Source: an uncultured Pseudomonadales bacterium
GTDB lineage: Bacteria > Patescibacteriota > Microgenomatia > UBA1400 > UBA1449
Assembly: GCA_964386355.1 (NCBI GenBank)
Contig: CAYLQQ010000003.1
Location: 5,880 to 69,879 of the forward strand
DNA length: 64,000 nucleotides
Reading direction: 5' to 3'
The notes beneath the pieces were generated by a model. It worked only from the letters and a program-made list of their open reading frames with translations. It was not told where the DNA came from and did no database searches. Position 1 is the stretch's first letter, and each line of letters begins with the position of its first letter. The translations under genes and the position numbers were made by a program. This document shows positions 21,311 through 31,900 of the stretch, in pieces.

Positions 21311-22609
21311 CTAATAGTTCTCTACCCTACTCGGGTCAACCATAAAGTCCTGAAGATATTTTCGACCAATGAGAATTTCAGAACGCAAATGCTTTCGGTT
21401 TGAAATATTGGCCAAAGCCCGCACTTTTTGTCCTTGAATCCATAAATCTACCTCTATAACTGGACGGACTTCCTTTCCGAGAGCTGACTTGAATGTTTCC
21501 TCATATAAAATGTTTTTAGTACCCAAGAGCCCCAAATCCTCAGCTAATGTTCTATCAATGCTGACTGAGTAAGCTCCTGTATCCATCTTAGCAATAATCT
21601 CATGCTTGTTACTCTGCCCGTCCTTGATTATTATTTTTTCAAAAATGCCCACAATCTTTCTGCCTTTCTCAGTTTTAACTTTGTCTGAAAAATGTTCAGC
21701 AAAAAGCACTTGAGCTATTTGAATCCCTTTGTTGGGGTCTTGAATATCCAGTTCTTCAATGCGTTTAAGCCTAGCTAAAAGCCCCGCCTGATTAGCCATT
21801 TGGATCTGAAGTCCTGGTTGATCATTGAGCTCAATAACTAACGGACCTTTTTCTTCATCGATAACAATATCCACTCCTATATAGCCCAATTTTGTTGCTT
21901 GTTGACAAGCTACTGCAATCTTGAGTATCTGCTCCCAATACGGAATTACTAGGCCGTTTACTTTCTTACTTGTATTGGGAATATGGCTAATTATCGAGTC
22001 GTAATGTACTCCATGTGTTGTAATACCAGTAGCCATATCAATTCCGAGGGCTACCGCCCCTTGGTGAATATTTGCTTTACCATTACTCTCCTTGGTAGGT
22101 AAACGCAACATAGCCATAACCGGAACACTGTTAAAAACGATCACCCGAACATCGGGCGTGCCTTGGTAGGCATACTTTCGAAATTTGGGGTGTATTTTTA
22201 CCCGTTGTTCTATAAATGCTTGGTCAGGTGTTCTATTTCTTGAATATGAACCTTCGACTATATCCATAGCATGAAGTTGCAGATCTTCCTCATTCACTGT
22301 TCCCCCGTTCATTAGCAGCCACCTTCCTTCCTGTTCAGTTACCTTCTTAATTACCAGAATACCCTCACCCCCATACCCTTCACTAGGCTTAACAACAAAG
22401 CCTTCTTTTAATGCAATCCAGTTGAATGACCGTATATCACTATAGGAACGCAGCACTTTGATGAGCTTAGGATGAGGTATAGAGTTCCGTTTCAGGATTT
22501 TCTTAGTTAAAAGTTTAGAGTCCGCTATCTTACGAGCACTGTGGGAATTGAGTCCGAGATAGTTAAGATTTCGGGCATTCATGCCCAAAATATGATGCAG
22601 TTTGGCCAT
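21311..22609 (-). CDS. RimK-related ATP-grasp (alpha-L-glutamate ligase-like) fused to a C-terminal retropepsin-like/DUF785 'ATP-dependent zinc protease'-type domain
   Basis: N-terminal ATP-grasp motifs (VVKPSEGYGGEGILV, IELNDQPG). C-terminal IIAKMDTGAYSVSID...VRALANISNR resembles the retropepsin-like DUF785 domain. Confidence 0.6.
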   Translation of the reverse strand: MAKLHHILGMNARNLNYLGLNSHSARKIADSKLLTKKILKRNSIPHPKLIKVLRSYSDIRSFNWIALKEGFVVKPSEGYGGEGILVIKKVTEQEGRWLLMNGGTVNEEDLQLHAMDIVEGSYSRNRTPDQAFIEQRVKIHPKFRKYAYQGTPDVRVIVFNSVPVMAMLRLPTKESNGKANIHQGAVALGIDMATGITTHGVHYDSIISHIPNTSKKVNGLVIPYWEQILKIAVACQQATKLGYIGVDIVIDEEKGPLVIELNDQPGLQIQMANQAGLLARLKRIEELDIQDPNKGIQIAQVLFAEHFSDKVKTEKGRKIVGIFEKIIIKDGQSNKHEIIAKMDTGAYSVSIDRTLAEDLGLLGTKNILYEETFKSALGKEVRPVIEVDLWIQGQKVRALANISNRKHLRSEILIGRKYLQDFMVDPSRVENY

Positions 22610-22611
22610 AC

Positions 22612-23520
22612 TTATTTCAGTAGTTTTCTAAACCGCCATATTTCTAGAAGTCTCAATCCAGAATATTGCTCAATGAGCAATATCGATCCAAGAACAATAA
22701 CTATAAAAAGCTCGGGATTAACCAAAACAAACTTCTGAAGTATTTCTAAATTCATAATATAAAAACAAGCTATCGCTAGGATAAGAGTTTCTCCGGTAAT
22801 AATGAGCGCTTGAGTAAGATTTCGTGTAATCTGCAAATCTAAGAAATCCTCAACAAGTAATATAAGAATAAGGAGTGGAAAAATACCAATTGTAATCAGA
22901 GAGGTATTCCCTATAGCTGGTGATATTAATAGTATACTAAATATACTCAATGATACTAAAAGCATAAATAGAGCCATCCTTGGTAAATACTGAAATCGTA
23001 TTTTTTTGAGTAACATACGTACCATAGTAGCTACTGCAAGTATAAACGCAAATAACCCTATTCCTGTAACAAGTCCAGTCGCTAAAAATGCCACAGACAA
23101 TAGAGCTGGTGTAAATATTCCTGAGCTTTTGAGACCAATTATATGGCGAGCAAACACAACTACCGTTGCTACCAAAGGAAATAACATAATAAGTACTATT
23201 GTATTTGCTGGAACTCCCTGAGAGACAGCATACCGGATAGCATGTTGTACAACCGTAAACAAACTCATCTCTCCTACCGGATTCTGGTCGATATATCGTT
23301 CTAGTTTACCTTTTACCTCTGGTTTTGGTTCTGTGATATCAGGCTCCCGTTCAATGACTTTTCTGACAACTGGGCTGGCTGACTGGCTAGCTTCTGCAGA
23401 CTCTGAGGCCTCGATAGTTGACTGAGGACTAATGTTTGGCTCTTGTGCCCGAATACTCTGCCCAGGAAGCATGATTAGCGTGATTAATAATAGTAGTATT
23501 AAAGATATTTTTATATTCAT
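22612..23520 (-). CDS. Signal-peptide plus polytopic (about 7 TM) membrane protein, probable partner of the ATP-grasp/protease gene
   Basis: 302 aa with an N-terminal signal sequence, then an acidic/Ser-rich linker and seven hydrophobic helices. 2-nt gap to the downstream gene. Confidence 0.5.
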   Translation of the reverse strand: MNIKISLILLLLITLIMLPGQSIRAQEPNISPQSTIEASESAEASQSASPVVRKVIEREPDITEPKPEVKGKLERYIDQNPVGEMSLFTVVQHAIRYAVSQGVPANTIVLIMLFPLVATVVVFARHIIGLKSSGIFTPALLSVAFLATGLVTGIGLFAFILAVATMVRMLLKKIRFQYLPRMALFMLLVSLSIFSILLISPAIGNTSLITIGIFPLLILILLVEDFLDLQITRNLTQALIITGETLILAIACFYIMNLEILQKFVLVNPELFIVIVLGSILLIEQYSGLRLLEIWRFRKLLK

Positions 23521-25936
23521 ACCGTGTATTATACCATTATATACAATTTGTACTGATTTTGTTCAATTTACTAATAATACTTTTTTTACTCATTTTATTA
23601 TTGTTATATCCTTTTGTTATGTACTTTTATCATTTCTTTTTATTTAATATATATTTCCCCATGTTTTTATTCGTTTAAGTATATTTTAACTGTTTTGTAA
23701 GTTTTCCACATTATGTGGATCTTTTTATATTATTCTGTCATTCTGTTCTTGTTTTTGCTAGCTAACTTATTATTTGATTTGCTAGCATATGTTTATACTA
23801 TATATATTTTTTCACTACTTATGATTTTTGTTTCACCATATTACGTATTTACTGCAACTAATGCGTTACATTATTAGTTTTACTTGTGTCATTTATTCTG
23901 GTGACATTATACTCTGCTAATATTATTTATTCTTACTGGTGATGTTTTTAGTCACTGATTTAATATATTAGTCATCAGTTGCAATATACGTATCAATCAC
24001 TATATATAGATGAAGCTTCCAAATTATCAGTTTTAAGATCGCTGTAATACAAATAAGATGCTAAATTGAGATAAAGGACTTTTTAAAATGCTACAGATAT
24101 TACTTAATAAAATCCATGTGTCTAGAAATGAGTTATTACCGATGTTGAAATCTATAATAACAAGTCGTTGATTGAGAGAGCTGATTATTTATTAGGCCAT
24201 CACTATAAGTGGAACAATATTGAGCAGTGATTAACTGATGAAGGGTATATATCGTAGTGGTATCGGCTCTATACATGCACACACCAACTCTAAGTAGCTT
24301 AGACCATAAGTTATTAGTTTAACTCGTTTCTGTTATTACTATTTCTATATAGCTATATTAAGGATTACAATCTAGATGAAGCTCGGTATATGTAAATGTA
24401 TATTACACTTTTTATAAACCTAAGTTAAAATAGACATGATGCGTTTTAATTGGACATATTTTAACATTTACTCACTACTATCGACAATCACTGCACTGCT
24501 GACGAATATCTGCACTTTAACACTTATCAATCATGATTTGTAAATAAACAGAATTAACTTTATTCTAACTCCAATGTTTGATTTAAAACCATACATTTTC
24601 TAATAAAAAGTAATTTACTGTAATTTTTATAGCTATTATTATATGAGGTATAATCTTTCTGAGCTTCTACAAGGCATCCTATTGTACTAGCCACACATTT
24701 ATTCATTAAATTACATTATATTTAACCTACGCTGAGCTAGTATATATACTAACATTGGCTCTTTTTTTAGTAATTAATTACTTTTACTCTAATAACTAAA
24801 ATTATGCTCTAATATTTATAATTATTTTTATAATTTGTATTTTTCCGAATTATTCTGCGTTTAATGCATGCAATGTTTATATACCTTTCACATAACCGCT
24901 CTATATATTACTTATTACATTTTTTCTTTCCTATTTTTTACTTATATCTCATTTTTCATTAATATTGTTTATTTTTTATGTTCTTCTATTTGTTATCACT
25001 CTTTTTTCTTTACTGCTATTTTCGTTTGAATTTCATCTTTTTTTATATATATCTTTATTAGAATCTTTTACCGCATTCTTACTTTTTACTTATAATATTT
25101 ATTACTAATTTTCTCTAATTAAGTAATTTATTTTTTGCATATTATAATCTGATATTTGTTTTCAGTCTTTATATCTAATGTTATTGAAGTTTTATCTGTT
25201 AATTCTCTAATGATTTATTCTATCTACTACTACAGTTAGCTTCTATTTGATAATTTAGCAAACTTTATGTTTATTTGCTTATCCTTACCTATTCTATTTT
25301 TTACTTATATTATGGTATTTTTATATATTTATTACTTAATACTTATTACTTTATCTAATAAACGTTATTTATACAAATCATTTTTAATACTATTTTAGTT
25401 TTCTATTTATCTTAATAACAACTTTGTCTAAATATATTATTACTTTTACAAGTCTTTTTTGTATTTCCTAATCTGTTATTTTTATTCTCATACTATTTTA
25501 TTCTTTATTACTTCGTTTTATACCATAGTTAATAACAATAATATCCTATTCACTAGTTATATTACAGTTATATTTACTTATATTATTTGCCATATAATGT
25601 TTTTGTCCTTTAGTATTAATAACGCTATCATTATTAATATTATTTTATTTATTAAATATATAATTATATAACGCATAATTAATATATATTTAATTATTAT
25701 TTATACACTATAATGGTATTATATACATCAACAAAAATAGTTATAAGGGCAAAGAAAAATATTAGGTTAATAATACTAATATAATATACGAAGTATAAAC
25801 CGAATATGGTAATTAGAGGAAAAAGATTAAGTAATTATATATATATGTAACAATATATAACAACTAAAGTATTATTGACATCTCAACCTTCTAATCATAT
25901 ATTGTAATCGTATAATAACCTTACATATGTAAACTT
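23521..25936. other. 2.4-kb ORF-free, extremely AT-rich (roughly 80-85% A+T) intergenic block
   Basis: No ORF >60 aa apart from a low-complexity artefact at 25459-25671. Recurring TTATTACTT-like words. A palindrome ccacattatgtggat lies at 23707-23722. Confidence 0.8.
25875..25916 (+). promoter_or_regulatory. Sigma-70-like promoter for the giant gene: TTGACA-17nt-TATATT, plus a perfect TATAAT 8 nt further downstream
   Basis: ttgaca (25875-80), 17-nt spacer, tatatt (25898-903). tataat at 25911-16. ATG at 25937. Confidence 0.4.
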
Positions 25937-28900
25937 ATGCACACCGTGCAAGAACCTCAAGATACTAACCTACTATCAATTTCTCAAGCAGCACAATTCC
26001 TCGGAATATCCGAAGATACATTACGGAGATGGGATAAATTGGGTAAGCTAGTTCCAAACAGGACTCTTGGTAACTCTAGAAGGTATGAATTAAGTATCTT
26101 GCAACAAATTAAAGAAAGTAAAGATGGTTTCGAAACGCAAAATAACTATTTTCAAATAAGAAAAGAATTACAGAATATAAGAGATATATTACAGAATAAT
26201 AAGAAAAATGTAACTAAATTAAACCTAAGCAATCCTTCAGATACAGCGCTAATTAAGATACAAGCAAAGAATATAGAAGGATTACCTCAAACGATAGTTA
26301 TGGATAAGAAAGATACTAATCAAGTTACAAAACATAACATAATAAAACTTAATAGTATAAAAGATAACATTATTCATAAACTTACTTTACGAACAGGCAT
26401 AGATCTTATTGCAATAGCTTTATCCTTTGGGATAGTTATTCTTCTACTTATTTTAATATATACAGCTGTTACAAAAGGCTTACACAAAATTGAAAAGAAT
26501 CTAAGCAATGCTCAACAATTCAATCAAGACATTTTACTTGAACAAGATAGTTCGCAACCACTACTAGGAAGTGGACTGATTATTGGTGAAGATAAAGTAC
26601 TTATTGACGAACGTGGAAATATCCAACTTAGCGGAGCAGTATCCGGAGGTTATATCGATTCAGATAGTCGTAACTTTATAACAAATTCAGGCTTTGAGCA
26701 AAATGCATCAGGAAAGGCTTTATACTATATTTATGCTGAGGATGCCTCAGAAGCCAATACTTTTGTAACACAAGATTCTAGTTTAGATGGTCAAAATGCC
26801 CTTAAAGTAATTTTAGAACCAAATAACATGATCAAGATTCAACCCACATATGCTGACCTATTTCCAGGAAAAACCTATACTTTTTCACTCTATGTAAAAG
26901 GGTTGGGCACTACTGATGCAGATCTTACTGTCGGCTATGGAACTACCATGAGGAGTTATACAATAGCTGGTGACAGTTCGTGGCAACTAATTTCAGTCTC
27001 AAAACATTTTGAACCAGAAGAAAGTCCTACCCTTGATTCATTTAGTATTCTAATACAAAGTCGAGATGGTGTTGGCACTTTATATGTTGATAATATTCAG
27101 CTTGAAGGTGGTTCAACAGTCACTGCTTATAAACCTTCACATCTTACAACTGACGGAATCATCCATTTTTCTGCAGATGCCCTATTTCCTGCTGTAGCTG
27201 ACACAGTATCGATTGGTACAATAGTAAAACCATTTCAAGAAATAGTGGTAAATGAACAGATTATTAACAACTCATTGGAAGTATACGGTGACGCCACTAT
27301 AGATGGTAATCTAGTCGTTAGTGGTGACATTGAATTCCCTACTGTAATAGCCAAGGATAAGATTATTATCCAAACTGACGGTTTATATACTGGTAGTGGT
27401 ATCGGCACCAAGCGACTTGACAGTAACGGAAATCTACAAAATATTACTAGCCTGGGATTAGTCTATGGTACACTGACTTCTACAACTGATTATCTCACCT
27501 CTTCTGTCGGATTATCTGTTGGTGGGAATGCTTCATACTATTTTAATAAAAATGGCTATATAAAAGCTGCTCAGCTGAATTCATTGTCTGACATAAAAAT
27601 TGGTGATCCTAATGGAGAAACAGATAGTCTTGGAATATATTTTAGTGGTGTCAGTGGACACAGCAATGAGGCAGGCATGAGATTTAATACCAGTTCCGGC
27701 AAACTTGAGTATAGGGATGATAATAACACTAGCTGGACTACATTCGACAGCTTATCAGAGAGTAGCAGTACTACTGATTACAGTGCTAGCAATGGCTTGA
27801 CAATGGATGGAACAGATATCTTACTGGGCGGTAGCTTTACCCAGGACACTACTACCGTACTGGGAGCATATGACCTCATCTACAACCTGAATAGCACGGG
27901 TGATATAGAGATCCAGGACAATGGTTCTGCCCTGCTATACATCAGTGATACCGGCAATATCGGCATAGGCACCAATAGCCCTGCTGCCAAGCTGGATGTA
28001 GCGTCCTATGCCAACTTCGGCTCTTCCGTTAATATTGCCTCTACCCTGACCACAGTAGCCCTAAAAATAAGTGGTGGCGCTCATGATGGGTATGTCCTGA
28101 CTTCTGATGCTAACGGTAATACGGTTTGGGAAGCTGTTAGTTCGGGAGCTACGTATACGGCTGGAAATGGACTTACGCTGGCCTCCTCTACATTTACTCT
28201 TGGTGGAACATTAACGGAATCTACCGCCATCAACCAAGATAGTTTTGGGTTTACATTAGAAAACCCGGGAACTGCAGATACGATAATTAACTTAGGCTCT
28301 GAGGGTGACCTGCTTATACAGGACAACGGGACCACTTTTGCTACTTTTGCTGATAACGGTTCGTTTACTTTGGAAAATATTACCTTTGATAATACTCAGC
28401 TAACCGCGGCTGGTGACTTAGGTCTTGGACTCTATGACAATGCTAGCAATGGTATTTTTGTTAAAGATGGAGGTAACGTTGGTATTGGCACCACAACTCC
28501 CGGATCTCAACTGACAGTCAATGGCGTAGGATCCTTTACCCTTGGCACTGTTGCCTTGCCTGGAATCACCTTTGGCACTGACACCAATACTGGTATGTGG
28601 TCGTCAGACCCTGATACGGTCAACTTATCTACAAATGGATTAGAAAGGTTAAGAGTTGATAGTAATGGGAATGTAGGAATTGGAACCACAAGCCCGACAG
28701 AGAATCTACATGTGATTGGAAATGCTATCTTTCCTCAGGGCAGCATTGGGGTTGGTGCTCATTGGACCGCTAAAGACCCTTCCGGTAGATCATTACTATA
28801 TATTAGAGATGATACTGATCAACCTAAGTTAGTAGTCGAACAAGATAATATAAATAATAGTGCGGCTATTTTTTACGGACAAGGTACATCAAACGACGTG

Positions 28901-31900
28901 AGCATTGCTGAGTTTTGGGGTAATAATGGTTCAACTTATGGTTTGTATGTTCAAAATTCTGGAAATGTTGGAATTGGCGACAACAGTCCGGCTGCACTCT
29001 TCAGCGTTGGTTTTGGTGACTTGTTTACCATCAATAATCTAGGAAACCTCAATGGAATATCCGGGAATTTCTCTGGTTCATTGACTATAGGTGAAAACTT
29101 TTCTGCTACTTCCGGCTCCTATACTTTGGATAACATAACTTTCGATGATGCGCAGATCACTGCAGCTGGTGATCTAGGATTGGGGATATATGATAATTCT
29201 GGAAATGGTTTAACTATTGGTGATGGTGGAAATATTGGTATTGGCACCACCTCTCCCTTTCAAAAAATGCACCTAGTAAATGGAAGTATGCTGATAGATT
29301 CACCCAATCCTAGTCTAGTAGGTAACTTTATTACAGGCGGAAGTGCTTTTGGTGTGTATGTGTCGGGTAAGTATGCATATGTAGCAGACTATACTGAAGG
29401 ATTGAAGATAATGGATATAAGTAACCCGAATTCCCCGGTATTAGTATCATCCTATGATACTAATGCTCTTACAACAGAAGTTGTTGTTGCTGGGAAGTAT
29501 GCTTACCTTGCAGATGGATTAACTGGCGGGGTAAAAATAGTAGATGTAAGTAATCCAAAATCTCCAACACTTATAGGCACATATAACCCTGTTGATAGTG
29601 GTGGTATTAAAAATATATATCTTACTGGTAAATACATATATGCAACAGATTGGTTTTTAGGTTTACTTATAATTGATGTTAGCAACCCGGCCTCACCAAT
29701 ACTTGTAGGTTCATATGCTTCTATGGATGCCCACGGTGTGTATGTGTCGGGTAAATATGCATATGTAGCAAACGGTTTAGATGGTTTGCAAGTGATTGAT
29801 GTAAGCAACCCTACCTCCCCTTCTTTAGCTGGTACGTATGACACTAGTGGGGATGCTTTGGGTGTGTATGTGTCGGGTAAATATGCATATGTAGCAAACG
29901 GTTTAGATGGTTTGCAAGTGATTGATGTAAGCAACCCTACCTCCCCTTCTTTAGCTGGTACGTATGACACTAGTGGGGATGCGTTGGGTGTGTATGTGTC
30001 GGGTAAATATGCATATATAGCAGATGGTTCGTATGGGTTGCAGGTGATTGATGTAAGCAACCCGGCTACACCTTCCTTAGCTGGTATGTATAGAACTATT
30101 CATAATGCCATGAAGATTTATGTGTCGGGTAAATATGCATATGTTGGCAATGCATTAAGTGGTTTGCAGGTTATCGATGTGGGGGGAGCTGATATTCATG
30201 CATTAAATGCTGGGAATGTTGAAACGAATAGTATTACAATTACTGATAATGGGGACATTGGTAATAACTTATACATAAGAAATGGAATCAATGTTGGTAC
30301 AGGCGGATTATTTACTGATGGTCTAATTTCTTCAGCAGGTTCAGGTATTAACTACTTTGCAGGCAACGTTGGAATCGGCGTTTTAGCACCGGCTGAGAAA
30401 ATGGAGGTAGCTGGTAATATTCGAGTCACAGGTGGCTCTTTTATCGATGACGGTACTACACTAGCTGTTCCTGATTACGTTTTTGAAAGCGATTATAACC
30501 TGATGAACCTAACCGACCTTGGATCCTACATAGAATTGAATAAGCATCTGCCGGGCGTACCTGACATGAACGATACCAAGGGCTGGGCAGCGCTTTCATT
30601 GCAGGACAGGGATATGAAGCTTCTGGAAAAAATCGAAGAGAATATTATATATACCCTTGAGCTAAACTCAAAACTCGCTGATACCAGATTGGAGCTAAGC
30701 AATTCTAACCATGCAACCATGTATCCCTCCAACCAGGAGTTTCTCTCAAGTTCCGGGGATCTCTTTATCCAGTCCCAGATATACGACGGAATCCTCGGGG
30801 AAGCTACACCTGACACTCTTGCAAACCTCACCTCAACCGTTACAGATAGCTTAGGTAATGCCAAAGTGGCTGTAGCGGGTTTTGGCAGCGTATTTAGTGC
30901 CAAACTAACAGTCGGCATAGCTGATATCAAAAACCTGATTACTGATACCGTGGTAGTCAGGCAGGTAAAAGTTGAAGACAAGCTCCTTTCCCCCGTTGTT
31001 GAAGCAAGCCAGATCCTGACTGACCAGCTCTACACTCAAAATCTGACAGCTGTGGATGCTTCCATTTCTGGCACCTTATCAGCTAGACAAGCTGTGTTTG
31101 GTGATCCAGCAATGAAACAATCCAGCAATGAAACAATTGCTGTTCAGATTCTCGGTGATGCCTCAGTGTCTGGAACTCTCAAGACAAAAGATGCCAGTGT
31201 CAGTGGAGAGCTCTTTGCCAACTCAGCCCGCATCAGGACACTTATAGCTGAAAGGATCAAAGCTGATTCCATTGAAGGTTTGGAAGCCAGGATTGAAAAT
31301 ATAGTCAATTCCTCTATGTCAGCCCAAATGATGGAGTTGTATACACTAAACACCCCATACCCCTCTCCCGTTGCAGTTACCAACAACTTACCCTCCCTTC
31401 CCTCTGACTGGGAGCAGAGCCTAAACAATCTCATGACTAGGCTCGACAATGTGGAGTCAGCCACTAGCTCTGCTACCTGGCAAGCCAACTCAAACCTGGC
31501 TTACGACTCCCAAATCATAGCGGGTACAGTGGATACGGATTTGGCTACGGTCAATACTTTCCTGGCAGTTCTAGGAAATGCTTCTATGGTCAATGCTGAA
31601 GTGACCAATAGCCTCAGTGTCCAAACTGACCTGAATCTTACTAGAAATTCTATAGCTACCCTTTCCGATACTCTCTACATCCAGCCCACCGGCCTAGGTA
31701 AGATAGATATCCTAGCCGGTGCTATATCTGTAGAAAGTAATGGAAATCTATATGTTAACGGAGACCTATACTTAAAGGGGTCTTTATATGCTTATAGGTT
31801 ATTTTCTGATACATTAGAAACGAAAACCGCCACTGTATCCGGAACCTTATTTACAAACTTAATCAAACCAAAAGACACTACAATAGCCATAGATCTTAGC

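Noticed and set aside
25459-25671. 70-aa ORF in the AT-rich desert
   Set aside because: Pure low-complexity Ile/Phe/Asn/Tyr translation of AT-rich DNA. No RBS context.
23521-25936. CRISPR array or other periodic repeat in the AT-rich block
   Set aside because: No regularly spaced direct repeats of 25-40 nt were visible. The similarity is compositional only.
29503-30060. 185-aa minus-strand ORF with repeated YAYLPDTYTP units, and other antisense ORFs inside the giant gene (28081-28335, 28507-28689, 30526-30981, 31144-31488, 32053-32313)
   Set aside because: Antisense to a long, motif-rich sense ORF. The internal repetition is just the reverse complement of the 126-bp tandem repeat.
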